Below, piece by piece: positions 19,161 through 29,744 of a stretch of DNA of 64,000 bases. Each line of letters opens with the position of its first letter. Position 1 is the stretch's first letter. The notes under the pieces are model-generated. The model saw only the letters and a program-made list of their open reading frames with translations, did no database searches and had not been told where the DNA came from. The DNA comes from an uncultured Gemmatimonadales bacterium (GTDB lineage Bacteria > Gemmatimonadota > Gemmatimonadetes > Gemmatimonadales > GWC2-71-9), in NCBI GenBank assembly GCA_963695555.1, contig CAVOGR010000002.1:448001-512000 (forward strand). Direction: 5' to 3'. A program made the translations under genes and the position numbers.

Positions 19161-19930
19161 ACAAGCAGGTTTCCCTCGACGCCGTCACGGACTTCCTGGA
19201 TCAGTATCTCAGGATCCATGATGTTCCCGATGAGCCCAATGCCCTCAACGGTCTCCAGGTAGAGAACTCAGGAACGATCAGTCGGCTGATGGCAGCGGTC
19301 GACGCCTCCCAGGCCACCATCGACGGGGTCGCCGAGCAGTCACCGGAAGGCCCTCCGCTCTTGCTGGTACATCATGGACTATTTTGGGATGGCAACGTCC
19401 CCCTTACGGGACGGCGGATTCGGCGCGTGCGGCGGGTCTTGGTGAATGACATCGCTCTCTACAGCGCCCACCTGCCGTTGGATATCCACCCTGAAGTGGG
19501 CAACAACGTGGAGCTGGCCCGAGCGATAGGGCTCGATGTGTCCGGATGGTTCGGCGATCATCTGGGGATCCCTATCGGGGTATGGGGTGCCCTCTCGGTG
19601 TCTCGCCAGACGCTGGTCGAACGGCTCGACCAGGTGTTGGGGACCCGCTCGCTACTGCTCCCAGGCGGGCCAGAGCAGGTCGGCCGGTTAGGCATCATCA
19701 CCGGTGGCGCGGGTTCCATGATTGCCGCCGCCCGGGACGCCGGGCTCGATACGTTCATCACCGGGGAAGGGGCACATCACACCTACTTCGATGCCATGGA
19801 ATGGGGCATCAACACGGTGTACGCAGGTCACTACGCCACCGAACAACTGGGCGTCCAGGCGCTGGCTCGAAAAGTTGCCGCCGAATTCAACCTCCCCTGG
19901 AGCTTTCTCTCGTACCCAACGGGACTCTGA
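19157..19930 (+). CDS. NIF3/YbgI (DUF34) dinuclear metal-centre protein
   Basis: NGLQV, VHHGLFW, HLPLDIHPEVGNN, ITGE, GHYATE. Confidence 0.93.
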   Translation: MNKQVSLDAVTDFLDQYLRIHDVPDEPNALNGLQVENSGTISRLMAAVDASQATIDGVAEQSPEGPPLLLVHHGLFWDGNVPLTGRRIRRVRRVLVNDIALYSAHLPLDIHPEVGNNVELARAIGLDVSGWFGDHLGIPIGVWGALSVSRQTLVERLDQVLGTRSLLLPGGPEQVGRLGIITGGAGSMIAAARDAGLDTFITGEGAHHTYFDAMEWGINTVYAGHYATEQLGVQALARKVAAEFNLPWSFLSYPTGL

Positions 19931-19953
19931 CCCACCTGCCGAGTTCCCCCGTC

Positions 19954-21438
19954 ATGCTGCCGCTCACGCTGCGTGGGATCCACAAGCACTTCGGTGCGGT
20001 TCATGCCGTGCGCGGTGTCGACTTTACCCTTGGGCCTGGAGAGGTCCACGCCTTGCTCGGGGAAAACGGGGCGGGCAAGTCCACCCTGATGCACATCGCC
20101 TTCGGTCTGGTTCGCGCCGACCGGGGTGACGTTGTGGTCGACGGCGTGGCACGAGCACTTCGCTCCCCGCGCGAAGCGCGTCGGCTTGGCGTCGGCATGG
20201 TGCACCAGCACTTCACCTCGGTTCCCGCGCTCAGCGTTGCGGAAAACATCGCCTTAGCGGCCGGCTGGAGTCCCAAGACACGACAGCTCGCCGAGCGCGT
20301 CGATGGCGTCTTTCGGCGCGTCGGTCTGGCGCTCGATCCAAACGCACCTGCCTGGACCCTCCCGGTCGCGCTCAAACAGCGACTCGAGATCGTCAAGGCG
20401 CTGGCCACGGGCGTGCGCATTCTGCTGCTGGACGAACCCACTGCGGTTCTTGCCCCGGCCGAAGCGGACGAGCTGCTCCGCGTAGTTCGCCGCTTCACCG
20501 AGCAGGGAGGCGCGGCGGTTTTGATCACCCATAAACTGCGCGAAGCGTTGGCGACCGCCGACACCGTCACCGTGCTCAGGCGTGGGCAAGTCACCTTCTC
20601 GGGCCCGACAGCGGAGGTCGACGCCGACAGCGTGCTGCGTTACATGATCGGTGGCCGATTGCCCGAGTCACGGCCGGCGCCGGCCGCGGCGCCCGGCGCG
20701 GTGCGTATTCGGGCGGAGGCACTCGAAGTGGCGCGGGACGGGCGGGGAGGAACCGCTCTGCTGCAGGCCACCTTTTCCGTACGAGCGGGTGAAATCGTCG
20801 GTATCGCAGCGGTCGAGGGCAACGGACAGCGGGAACTCATGCGTGCAGTCGTAGGGTTGCTGCCGTCGTTGCGCGGGCGCTTGGATGTCACAGGACCGGT
20901 TGGATTCGTGCCTGAAGATCGGACGACCGAGGGGCTCATTCCCGAGTTCTCCCTGACGGAGAACCTGGTGCTCGGCCTCGATCGTAGTGCGCCGTGGGTT
21001 CGCGGGCGCCGATTCAGACGCATCGACTGGCATGCCGCCCGCGAAAGCGCCGCCGACATTCTGCGGAACTTCGAGGTGGACGCACCGGGTCCCGGGGTTC
21101 CGGCGGCCAGCCTCAGTGGAGGCAACCAACAACGACTGGTGATCGCGCGGGCGCTCGAGCAGGAGCCGACGGTGTTGGTGGCGGAGAACCCAACCCGTGG
21201 CCTCGATATCCGGGCGGCCCAGGCCGTGGAGGCCAGACTTCGGGCAGCGGCCCACGAGGGAGCCGCCGTGTTGGTCTATTCGAGTGACCTCGACGAGATC
21301 CTCCAGATCGCCAACCGGGTGCTGGTCGTCGCCGGTGGAACCGTGACGGAAGTCCCGCCCCACGCACGCCGTGAGGACGTGGGGGCGATGATGCTGAATG
21401 TGCATGCTGAGCGCGCCGATCCGAGTGGGTCTCGATGA
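19954..21438 (+). CDS. Nucleoside/sugar ABC transporter ATP-binding protein (two NBDs)
   Basis: GENGAGKST, GMVHQHF, LLLDEPT, LSGGNQQ. Confidence 0.93.
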   Translation: MLPLTLRGIHKHFGAVHAVRGVDFTLGPGEVHALLGENGAGKSTLMHIAFGLVRADRGDVVVDGVARALRSPREARRLGVGMVHQHFTSVPALSVAENIALAAGWSPKTRQLAERVDGVFRRVGLALDPNAPAWTLPVALKQRLEIVKALATGVRILLLDEPTAVLAPAEADELLRVVRRFTEQGGAAVLITHKLREALATADTVTVLRRGQVTFSGPTAEVDADSVLRYMIGGRLPESRPAPAAAPGAVRIRAEALEVARDGRGGTALLQATFSVRAGEIVGIAAVEGNGQRELMRAVVGLLPSLRGRLDVTGPVGFVPEDRTTEGLIPEFSLTENLVLGLDRSAPWVRGRRFRRIDWHAARESAADILRNFEVDAPGPGVPAASLSGGNQQRLVIARALEQEPTVLVAENPTRGLDIRAAQAVEARLRAAAHEGAAVLVYSSDLDEILQIANRVLVVAGGTVTEVPPHARREDVGAMMLNVHAERADPSGSR

Positions 21439-22496
21439 CCCTTACCCGGCTCCACTGGTCGGCCCTGGTCGTGGCGTCGGCGTTCTCAGCCGGAATCGCG
21501 ATTCTCGCGCTGGGGCTCTGGGCCAGTGGTTACGACGCGCCCCAGGCACTGACCGCATTGTGGAACGGCGCCTTCGGGTCGTGGTATGCCTTTACCTCAG
21601 CCACGCTGCTGCGCGCCGTGCCGTTGATCATCATCGGGCTCGGCTTCGCCTTGGCCCTCCAAGGCGGTGCGCTCAACATTGGCGCCGAGGGACAATTCTA
21701 TGCCGGCGCCATTGCCGCAACCTGGGTCGGGCTCGAGGTCGGACACTGGCCTCTCGTACCGGCCATCGGCACGATCGTGGCCGTCGCGACAATTGCCGGT
21801 GCGCTGTGGATGGTCGTCCCGGTCTGGCTCAAACTGCGCTTCGGCGTCATCGAGGTCATCAGCACGCTGCTGCTCAATTTCGTCGCCGAGTCCCTGGTGT
21901 CACTCATGGTCCAGGGACCCCTCCAGGAATCCACCGGCGTGTTTCCACAAAGCAATCCACTTCCGCTCTCGGCCCGCCTGCCCATCCTGCCCGGCACGCG
22001 TCTCCATCTCGGCTTCCTGTTCGCGCTCGCGCTGAGTGTCGTGGCGTGGTACGTCGTGACCCGAACGGTGTGGGGGTTTCGACTTCGAGCAGTCGGCGCC
22101 AGCCCTCGGGCCGCGGAAGTATCGGGTCGGATCAAGAGCGGCCGGATCCTGGGCACGGCGCTCTTGTGGTCCGGTGCGCTTGCCGGTCTGGCCGGCGGGC
22201 TCGAGGTCAGCGGCGTCTCCTACGCGCTCTACCAAAACCTTTCGCCCGGCTACGGCTTTACCGCAATCGCCGTTGCATTGCTCGCCCGCCTCCGTCCGAT
22301 CGGAATCGTATTTACCGGGATCCTATTCGGCGCGCTCGAAGCCGGCGCCGGTGCGATGCAACGGGACGCCGGAATTCCGTCCGTCGCGGTCTATGTGGTC
22401 GAGGCTGTCGTGATTCTGGTCATCGTTCTCGCCGATTCGCGCCTCCGCCATCTGGGACGATCGACCGTACGCCGCCCAAGTCCGGCGGCCGCCTAA
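21435..22496 (+). CDS. Nucleoside ABC transporter permease
   Basis: NIGAEGQ, EVISTLLLN, GYGFTAIAVALL. Confidence 0.92.
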   Translation: MTLTRLHWSALVVASAFSAGIAILALGLWASGYDAPQALTALWNGAFGSWYAFTSATLLRAVPLIIIGLGFALALQGGALNIGAEGQFYAGAIAATWVGLEVGHWPLVPAIGTIVAVATIAGALWMVVPVWLKLRFGVIEVISTLLLNFVAESLVSLMVQGPLQESTGVFPQSNPLPLSARLPILPGTRLHLGFLFALALSVVAWYVVTRTVWGFRLRAVGASPRAAEVSGRIKSGRILGTALLWSGALAGLAGGLEVSGVSYALYQNLSPGYGFTAIAVALLARLRPIGIVFTGILFGALEAGAGAMQRDAGIPSVAVYVVEAVVILVIVLADSRLRHLGRSTVRRPSPAAA

Positions 22497-22499
22497 GAC

Positions 22500-23426
22500 A
22501 TGGACATCACCACCCTCGTCGCGGGCTTCCTGGCCGCCGCCGTCAGAGTCGCCACACCGCTCCTGCTCGCGGCCACCGGCGAGACCCTCGGTGAGCGCGC
22601 CGGCGTCATCAACCTCGGCATCGAGGGGGCGATGTTGGGTGGCGCGTTGGCAGCCGCACTCGGTGCCTTGCATGGCGGCCCATGGGTTGGCGTCCTCGCG
22701 GCTGCCCTGGCGGGGGCGGCGGTGGCCGCAATCTTTGCAATCGTGGCGGTGGGCGCCGGGGCCGATCAGATCATCACCGGGACGGCCCTGACCCTCGGTG
22801 CCTTCGGCCTGACCGGCGCGCTCTACCGGCAGTCGTTTGGCGCGGCCGGGGCCGGGCTCTCGATCCCGACCATGGGCATCATCGAGCTGCCGGGTCTTCA
22901 TGCCATCCCGATCATCGGCCAGGCTTTCTTCGCTCAGCCCGCACCTACGTACATCGCCATGGCTGCCGTGCCGGCCCTCTGGTGGCTTCTGTTTCGCACC
23001 CGGTGGGGGCTCGCCGTTCGCGCGGTTGGGGAATCGCCGTCAGCGGCGCGTGCCGCGGGTGTCCGGGTACGCACCACGCGGAGTATCGCCACCATCGTGG
23101 GGGGATTACTGGCCGGCCTGGGTGGCGCAAGCCTCGTGTTGGCTCAGGTCGGGACGTTCGCGGAGAAGATGACCGCCGGCCGCGGCTTCGTGGCCATCGC
23201 CATCGTCGTGCTGGGCCGGTGGCATCCGGTTGGCGTAGCCATCGCCGCCCTGATCTTCGGCGCGGCCAGCGCGCTCCAGTTTGTGTTTCAGGCGATGGGG
23301 CTTGCTGTGCCGTACCAGCTCTTCCTCATGCTGCCGTATGGGTTGACGCTGTTGGCGCTCGCCGGCGTGGTCGGCCGAGTGCGCGCGCCCGCGGGCCTGG
23401 GGCGAGGCACCGAGGAAACGGGATAA
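22500..23426 (+). CDS. Nucleoside ABC transporter permease
   Basis: ERAGVINLGIEG, GRGFVAIA, MLPY. Confidence 0.92.
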   Translation: MDITTLVAGFLAAAVRVATPLLLAATGETLGERAGVINLGIEGAMLGGALAAALGALHGGPWVGVLAAALAGAAVAAIFAIVAVGAGADQIITGTALTLGAFGLTGALYRQSFGAAGAGLSIPTMGIIELPGLHAIPIIGQAFFAQPAPTYIAMAAVPALWWLLFRTRWGLAVRAVGESPSAARAAGVRVRTTRSIATIVGGLLAGLGGASLVLAQVGTFAEKMTAGRGFVAIAIVVLGRWHPVGVAIAALIFGAASALQFVFQAMGLAVPYQLFLMLPYGLTLLALAGVVGRVRAPAGLGRGTEETG

Positions 23427-23444
23427 TCTTCACGAGGGCCTCGA

Positions 23445-23470
23445 CGGTCACGCCGGTCACGCCGGTCACT
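23445..23470. repeat. Short tandem repeat (CGGTCACGC) x about 2.8
   Basis: cggtcacgc cggtcacgc cggtcact between convergent genes. Confidence 0.55.
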
Positions 23471-23852
23471 CGACCCCGGCCTGCCGCTGGAGCCAGCGCA
23501 CGTAGTCCGTAATCTGGGCCACCTCCTCTCGGTTCACTCCCGGGACTGGTTGCATCGGGCCGAAATTCCAGTGGTGCGCCTGGACCCCGAATGCCACCGC
23601 ACGCTGGAACGCCGCATCGGCATGATGGGTCGGCCGATAGATTCGGTCGATGAGGGGCGGTCCGCGATCCGTCCCCGTGCCATGGCGCCCATGACATGTC
23701 GCACACCGCGCCTCGTAACGCTGCTCGCCCTCGTGGAACTCGGTCGGCGTCTGACCGGGATCGAACGCCCGGAGTTCGTTCGGGGGCGCGGCTCGTTTAC
23801 ACCCCGCTCCGCCCAGCAGCATTGTCACCGCGATCGTCCAGAACCGACTCAT
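23466..23852 (-). CDS. Mono-heme cytochrome c lipoprotein
   Basis: Lipobox-like GAGC, heme motif CATCH, distal Met in HHWNFGPM. Confidence 0.88.
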   Translation of the reverse strand: MSRFWTIAVTMLLGGAGCKRAAPPNELRAFDPGQTPTEFHEGEQRYEARCATCHGRHGTGTDRGPPLIDRIYRPTHHADAAFQRAVAFGVQAHHWNFGPMQPVPGVNREEVAQITDYVRWLQRQAGVE

Positions 23853-24604
23853 CCGATCCGTTCCCGTGATCGCGCGCGGGCCTGTTCGATCAGGTCACGC
23901 ACTTGGTTCTTCAAGGCGGCTGCGTCCTTGAGCGTGAGGCCGGCAGTTTCGACCGGAGGCAAGACTTCGACCTCGGCGACGGCGCGGCCGAACCGCCAAT
24001 CGTGCTTGGGAAGGGCGGTCCCGGTTCCGGCCACCGCCAGAGGGAGAATCGGGACGCCGGCCTTGATCGCAAGGCGAAAGGCGCCGTCTTTGAACGGCAG
24101 GAGCTCGCCCGTCGGCGAGCGGGTCCCCTCGGGGAAGAACATCACCGACACCTTGCGCCGCAATGCGTCCCGTGCGTCGGCCATTGCCTGCCCAGCGCTG
24201 GTCGGCGAGCCGCGCCTGAGCGGGATGTCGCCGGCCAGACGCATTTCCCAGCCGACCACGGGGATTCGGAAGAACTCAGCCTTGGATACCCACTTCATTT
24301 CCCAAGGGAGGTAGCTGATGAGCAGAATGTCTGCAAAGGACTCGTGGTTGGCCACGACGACGTACGGGCGGCGCGGGTCGTCGATTGAAACTCCCGAAAT
24401 CCGGAACTTCCAGAACGGGTTGGTTTTGGCAACCAGCATGGCTGCGATCCGGAACCAGCGCCCGACGACATACCGGCTTCGGTCGAAGGGCACGGTGACG
24501 ACGAAAAGGACAGCCATCAGCGGAAGCCAGACGAGCACGATGAGCCCGGTCGTGAACCAGGCCCACGCCGAGGCAATCGACCACCAGAGATGGCCGGGCT
24601 TCAC
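23849..24604 (-). CDS. plsC: Lysophospholipid acyltransferase (PlsC family)
   Basis: NHESFAD and FFPEGTRS motifs. Confidence 0.88.
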   Translation of the reverse strand: MKPGHLWWSIASAWAWFTTGLIVLVWLPLMAVLFVVTVPFDRSRYVVGRWFRIAAMLVAKTNPFWKFRISGVSIDDPRRPYVVVANHESFADILLISYLPWEMKWVSKAEFFRIPVVGWEMRLAGDIPLRRGSPTSAGQAMADARDALRRKVSVMFFPEGTRSPTGELLPFKDGAFRLAIKAGVPILPLAVAGTGTALPKHDWRFGRAVAEVEVLPPVETAGLTLKDAAALKNQVRDLIEQARARSRERIG

Positions 24605-24614
24605 GAACGGTGCC

Positions 24615-25139
24615 TCATAGACCCAGCACTCCGAGGAAAGCGCGGCCCAGCCAGACGAGGCCGACGATCGACAGGCCGGCCAGGAGCGTAAGTCCTGCGA
24701 TCACCACAACCAGGTAACGTCGGCTCAGGACGTGCGTGGTGTCGGGGTCCGCGAGATGGCGTTCGAGCAGTCGCAGGTTTCGGGTATTCGACTTCCAGAG
24801 CACATCGAAGGCGTCTCCCGCACCCGGAACCAACCCGACGATGGCTTCGAGAGCGATGTTGGAGAGCATCCGGAACAACACGCTCAGCGATGCCCCCAAC
24901 CGCGTGGCCTCGACCACGATGTAACCGGACAGCACCGTGCCGATCGCATCCCCGAGACCCGGAATGAGCCCGATCACCGGATCGAGTCCGAATCGGAACG
25001 AGGTGCCCGGGACACGAATCGAGGTGTCGAGTATGCGCCCGAGCTTGCGGACCCGCTCGAGTCTCCGATGATGGGCCGGCCCGCCCGCCACCTCGGGGTC
25101 GGGGGCAGAATCGGCCGGAGCGGGGTTGGTGGAGGTCAT
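24615..25139 (-). CDS. DUF4112 membrane protein
   Basis: RFGLDPVIGLIPGLGD...GLVPGAGDAFDVLWKSN. Confidence 0.88.
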   Translation of the reverse strand: MTSTNPAPADSAPDPEVAGGPAHHRRLERVRKLGRILDTSIRVPGTSFRFGLDPVIGLIPGLGDAIGTVLSGYIVVEATRLGASLSVLFRMLSNIALEAIVGLVPGAGDAFDVLWKSNTRNLRLLERHLADPDTTHVLSRRYLVVVIAGLTLLAGLSIVGLVWLGRAFLGVLGL

Positions 25140-25157
25140 CGTCCGGTTGCCACCATG

Positions 25158-26084
25158 TCATTCGCCGCCCATACTGTCGAGCGCCACCTTCCAGTTGCGA
25201 CGCATCCCGTCGAGCCCTGGCCGTTCGAGGGGGGTGTCTCCAAAACGGGCGTCGAAGTCGCCCTCGCTCATGGTCTCGAAATAGTCTGGCGCTTTGCCCG
25301 GTGTGTCGCGCCGCTTGAAGGCGCTGTGCGCTGACGGGGCGGCAAAGCGTTGATTCCACGGGCAGACATCGTTGCAGATATCACATCCGAATGCCCAGCC
25401 CTCGAACTTTGCACCAAACTCGCTCGGGATGGGGCCGCGATGCTCAATGGTGAGATAGGAAATGCACCGCGTGGCATCCAACACGCGTGGCCCGACGAAC
25501 GCCTCGGTGGGACAGGCGTCGAGACACAGGGTGCAACTGCCGCAGCGGTCTGCCTCGAACGCGGGATCCGGCTCAAATTCGAGATCGGTCAGCACAACGC
25601 CGACGAAGAAGAACGAGCCGCTGCCCGGGCGGAGCAGCATGGTGTTCTTGCCGATCCACCCGAGGCCGGCACGCTGCGCCAATTCACGCTCGGGCACGGG
25701 GCCGGCATCGACGAACGGTCTCGCGATCTTGGCGCCACAGGAGCGCAGGAAATCCGCCAGCTTCTTGATCCGACGCATGGTCGCGATGTGGTAGTCGGTG
25801 CCTCGGGCGTATTTCGCGACCCGGGGCGGCACGGCGTCCGCCGGCGTATCGGGGTAGAAGTAGTTGTCGAGCACGACGACCGCCGATCGAGCGCCGGCGA
25901 CAATTCGCCCGGGCTCGCGCCGGAGTGCCGCCTGGCGATGCAGATAGCGCATCGTTCCAGCATAGCCCGCCTCCAGCCAGGCATCCAACTCGCGGGCATG
26001 CGGCGTCGGTGCCAGGTCGGTAACCCCCGAGGCAAGAAACCCAAGCGATGCCGCCACCGCATTGACCTCGTCCGCGGATCTCAT
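25158..26084 (-). CDS. queG: Epoxyqueuosine reductase QueG
   Basis: YARGTDYH, AGLGWIGKN, CGSCTLCLDACPT, RCISYLTIE, GCDICNDVCPWN. Confidence 0.95.
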   Translation of the reverse strand: MRSADEVNAVAASLGFLASGVTDLAPTPHARELDAWLEAGYAGTMRYLHRQAALRREPGRIVAGARSAVVVLDNYFYPDTPADAVPPRVAKYARGTDYHIATMRRIKKLADFLRSCGAKIARPFVDAGPVPERELAQRAGLGWIGKNTMLLRPGSGSFFFVGVVLTDLEFEPDPAFEADRCGSCTLCLDACPTEAFVGPRVLDATRCISYLTIEHRGPIPSEFGAKFEGWAFGCDICNDVCPWNQRFAAPSAHSAFKRRDTPGKAPDYFETMSEGDFDARFGDTPLERPGLDGMRRNWKVALDSMGGE

Positions 26085-27365
26085 GGGGAGGCTCCGGCAC
26101 GCGCTGGGTCTCTGTCGCGGCCGTCGCCGGTGATGAGTCGCGCGCCGCGCTGAAACGTCACGTACGACCAGGCCCACTCCATCATGACGATGATCCGGTT
26201 TCGAAAGCCGATGAGGAAGAAGATGTGGACGAAGATCCAGGCGAGCCAGGCGAAGAACCCGTTGAAGTGCAACCGGCCGATGTCGGCCACGGCGCGACCG
26301 CGACCAATCACGGCCAGCTGGCCCTTGTTTCGGTAGCGGAACGGCCGCCGAGGCCGGCCGGCCAGGTCATTGGTGATCGCGCGCGCCGCGTACCGGCCCA
26401 TCTGAATAGCGACGGGCGAGAGGCCCGGGAGGGGGCCACCCGGCTGGTGGTCGAAACATGCCGCGTCGCCCAGGACAAACACCTCGCGGTGGTCCGGGAT
26501 GGTGCAATCGTCCGCCACGAACACCCGTCCTTGGTCGTCGAGGCGTGAGCCCAGCGAGCGGAGGAGGGGACTGGCCAGGTTCCCTGCCGCCCACACCACC
26601 GTGTGGGTCGGGATCCGAGTCCCCTTGGCGGAGACTTCCTCGGCCGTGATCCTGTCCACGAAGGTTCCCGTCCGCACTTCCACGCCCAGGCGCGTGAGGG
26701 CGCGCTCGGCGGCGGCACTGAGTGATTCGGGGTAGGAGCCGAGCAGGCGCGGGCCGCCTTCGAGTAACGCGACTGAGGCCTCCCGGGAGTCGATGCGCCG
26801 GAAGTCGCGACGCAGCGCATAGCGGCGGATTTCCGCTAAGGCACCCGCGAGCTCGACCCCGGTTGGTCCTCCGCCAACTACCACGAAGGTGAGCAAGGCG
26901 CGTCTCCGATCGGGGTCGGGCTCCCGTTCCGCCGCCTCGAAGGCGAGCAGGACCCGGCGCCGGATTTCGAGGGCATCTTCGATGCTCTTGAGACCAGGGG
27001 CAAGATTCCTCCCAGTCCGCGTGGCCGAAATAGGAGTGCCGAGCCCCGGTCGCGACGATCAGGTAGTCGTAGTTTATGCTACTTCTATCGACGAGCACGC
27101 TCTTCGAGGCACAGTCGACCGATCGTGCCTCTCCCAGGATCACTTGGGTGTTGGGTTGGCCGCGCAGTATCGAGCGGATCGGCGACGCGATGTCGCCGGG
27201 CGACAGTGCCGCGGTTGCCACCTGGTAGAGCATGGGTTGGAAGAGGTGATGGTTCCGCCGATCCACCAGGGTCACCGAAACGGGCGCCGATCCAAGGGCC
27301 TTGGCCGCGTACAGCCCGGCAAAGCCTCCCCCGAGAATGACCACCTGCGCCTTGGCTGACGGCAC
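26081..27365 (-). pseudogene. ndh: Type II NADH dehydrogenase with a 1-nt frameshift near 27000
   Basis: The N-half (GGGFAG, HHLFQPMLYQVAT, ATGARHSYFG) and the C-half (PGLKSIEDALEIRRR...VVGGGPTGVELAG) are in different frames. It may be a sequencing error. Confidence 0.85.
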
Positions 27366-27369
27366 GGCG

Positions 27370-27669
27370 TTACACCCCGATGGTGGTTCGTCGCCAGCGG
27401 GCGAAGCGGATGACATCCTCGACCGGAGGGATCGCATCGGGATCGGCGTAGGCGGTCTCCATCCGCCAGCGCAGATAGGTACGATCGGGCATGGGCAGGA
27501 AGGGCGGTGTCTTCCACCACCCACGGCGGCGGAACGCCCAGGCCGTGCGTAGCAAGTCGGTGGCGAGTCGAGGGTTCGCGGCGCCGCGGAACGTCAACCG
27601 GGCGACGAGCGCACCCCAAGACCTTGGCGCCTGCGCGCGAGGCGAAGGGGGAAGAGGGGCTGGATGCAT
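27370..27669 (-). CDS. Small Trp/Arg-rich hypothetical protein
   Basis: WAFRRRGWWKTPPFLPMPDRTYLRWRMETAY; fills the gap directly upstream of ndh on the same strand. Confidence 0.65.
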   Translation of the reverse strand: MHPAPLPPSPRAQAPRSWGALVARLTFRGAANPRLATDLLRTAWAFRRRGWWKTPPFLPMPDRTYLRWRMETAYADPDAIPPVEDVIRFARWRRTTIGV

Positions 27670-27840
27670 GCCGCCCTAACATAACGCCCGACGCGGCCAT
27701 CTCGGAACGAGGCGTGTCCTCGGCAGGCCGAGGGCATATATTCCCTGCCCGTGCTTGGCCAGGCGCCCGGAGAGGCTGGGCGCCGCGAAACCTCCCAATA
27801 CGAAAGCCGCCCGGGCTATGGGCGGCGCGAGCGATGACCT

Positions 27841-28572
27841 GTGGCCAGTCCTTACCGTAGGCTTCATAACCACAAGCGTCCCACCGAGGACGAAGTCCTG
27901 CTCGAGAGTGGCGAGCTGGTCGAACGGCCGGATGCGCTACGCAAGACCGACCCCTGGCGAGTCTTTCGCATCATGGGCGAATTCGTTGAAGGGTTCGATT
28001 CTCTCGGTGACATCTTCGACGCCGTGTCGATTTTCGGTTCGGCACGGGTCCCGCCTTCGGACCCGTCCTACCAAGCTGCCCGGGAGGTCGGTCGGTTGTT
28101 GGCGGAGGCAAGCATTCCGGTCATTACCGGCGGCGGTCCCGGCATCATGGAGGCTGCCAACCGGGGCGCCAGCGAGGCTGGGGGTTTGTCGATCGGCTGC
28201 AACATCGAACTGCCCTTCGAGCAGAAACCGAATGCCTATCTCGAGCGCAGCATCAACTTTCGTTTCTTCTTCGTCCGAAAGATGATGTTCGTCAAGTACG
28301 CCACGGCGTTCGTGGTGTTTCCGGGCGGGTTCGGGACCATGGACGAGCTGTTCGAGTCACTGACCCTGATCCAAACCGGCAAGGTGAAGAACTTTCCCCT
28401 GGTGCTGTTCGGTCCCACGTACTGGAGCGGCTTGGTCGACTGGTTGCGTGATACGGTTGCGAGGGAGAAGAAGATCGACGAGCCCGACTTGCTGCTGTTC
28501 CATCTGACCGACGATCCCGCCGAAGTCGTCGATCATATCCTGCGATCCCGCCCACAGGGGGTACATCGATGA
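27841..28572 (+). CDS. LOG family nucleotide 5'-monophosphate phosphoribohydrolase
   Basis: [36 protein letters not shown]. Confidence 0.93.
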   Translation: MASPYRRLHNHKRPTEDEVLLESGELVERPDALRKTDPWRVFRIMGEFVEGFDSLGDIFDAVSIFGSARVPPSDPSYQAAREVGRLLAEASIPVITGGGPGIMEAANRGASEAGGLSIGCNIELPFEQKPNAYLERSINFRFFFVRKMMFVKYATAFVVFPGGFGTMDELFESLTLIQTGKVKNFPLVLFGPTYWSGLVDWLRDTVAREKKIDEPDLLLFHLTDDPAEVVDHILRSRPQGVHR

Positions 28573-29744
28573 GCGATCACGCTGCCGAACACGGCCGGCC
28601 CTCCGCATCGTATTTGCGAGGCGAACGGATCGACCCCGAGGGGATCACCGGCCAAGAGTCGGCGGCGGACCTCATCGAGAAGGCGTATTTGGCCTACAAC
28701 GCCGGTCGCCTGCGGGAGGCATGCCGGCTCTACAGCGACCGGATGCTAGCCCCGGAGGTCACGGTGGGTCTGAGCATCACCGGTGCCCTGACCCCCGCGG
28801 GGCTCGGCATGAGTGTGCTGATACCGCTCATGGAAGCCGGTTTTGTGGACTGGATCGTGTCGACCGGGGCCAACCTCTATCACGATGCCCACTTCGGTTT
28901 GGGCTTGGCCATGCACCGCGGCACGCCGTACGCCGATGACGTCGAGCTGCACGAGCAGGGCGTGGTGCGAATCTACGACGTGTTTTTCGACTTCGGTGTC
29001 TTGCTCTCGACCGACAACTTCATCCGGCAGGTATCGGCGCGTCCTGAATTCCAACGCTCGATGAGTTCCGCCGAATACCACTATCTCCTGGGCGGCTATG
29101 TCCGGGAGCGCGAGCGGGCATTGGGGCTGTCGCGCCGGTCGGTGCTGTCGGTGGCGCACGAGCTGGACGTCCCCATCTACACCAGTTCGCCGGGAGACAG
29201 CTCCATCGGATTGAACGTGGCCGAGCAGGCCATGATCGGCAGCAAGCTGCGCTTCGACGTAAGCGCCGATGTCAATGAAACCGCCGCCTTGGTGTACCAT
29301 GCGACACGAGGTGACGGACGGAGCGGCGTGTTCATAGTGGGCGGAGGGAGTCCCAAGAATTTCGTGCTCCAGACCGAGCCCCAAATTCAGGAGATCTTGG
29401 GCCTCGACGACCGGGGCCACGACTACTTCCTCCAGCTGACCGATGCCCGCCCGGACACCGGTGGGCTATCGGGCGCGACGCCGGCTGAGGCAGTGAGTTG
29501 GGGTAAGATCGACCCCGCGATGCTGCCGAGCAGTGTCGTGGTCTATGGGGATGCCACCCTGACTTTGCCGCTCCTCACCGCCTACGCCCTCGACCGGCAT
29601 CCGCCACGCCCACTCCGACGCCTCTACCCCAAGCGTGAGCTGATGTTGGAGCGCCTACGTGTGGCCTACCGCGAGGTGATTATCGGCCGCGATGCCCGCG
29701 CCAGAGAGGCCGAGGAAGCTGTCGGTCCCACGCGTGCCGGGTAG
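28569..29744 (+). CDS. Deoxyhypusine-synthase-like protein (SpeY-type homospermidine biosynthesis)
   Basis: [32 protein letters not shown] with the catalytic Lys intact. Confidence 0.88.
   Translation: MSDHAAEHGRPSASYLRGERIDPEGITGQESAADLIEKAYLAYNAGRLREACRLYSDRMLAPEVTVGLSITGALTPAGLGMSVLIPLMEAGFVDWIVSTGANLYHDAHFGLGLAMHRGTPYADDVELHEQGVVRIYDVFFDFGVLLSTDNFIRQVSARPEFQRSMSSAEYHYLLGGYVRERERALGLSRRSVLSVAHELDVPIYTSSPGDSSIGLNVAEQAMIGSKLRFDVSADVNETAALVYHATRGDGRSGVFIVGGGSPKNFVLQTEPQIQEILGLDDRGHDYFLQLTDARPDTGGLSGATPAEAVSWGKIDPAMLPSSVVVYGDATLTLPLLTAYALDRHPPRPLRRLYPKRELMLERLRVAYREVIIGRDARAREAEEAVGPTRAG

Noticed and set aside
19546..19953. N-terminal extension of the 630-aa ABC ATPase ORF
   Set aside because: It overlaps NIF3 out of frame; the real start is ATG 19954.
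23445..23470. 9-bp tandem repeat as a CRISPR or phase-variation element
   Set aside because: Under three copies, no spacers, no cas genes, and located between convergent gene ends.
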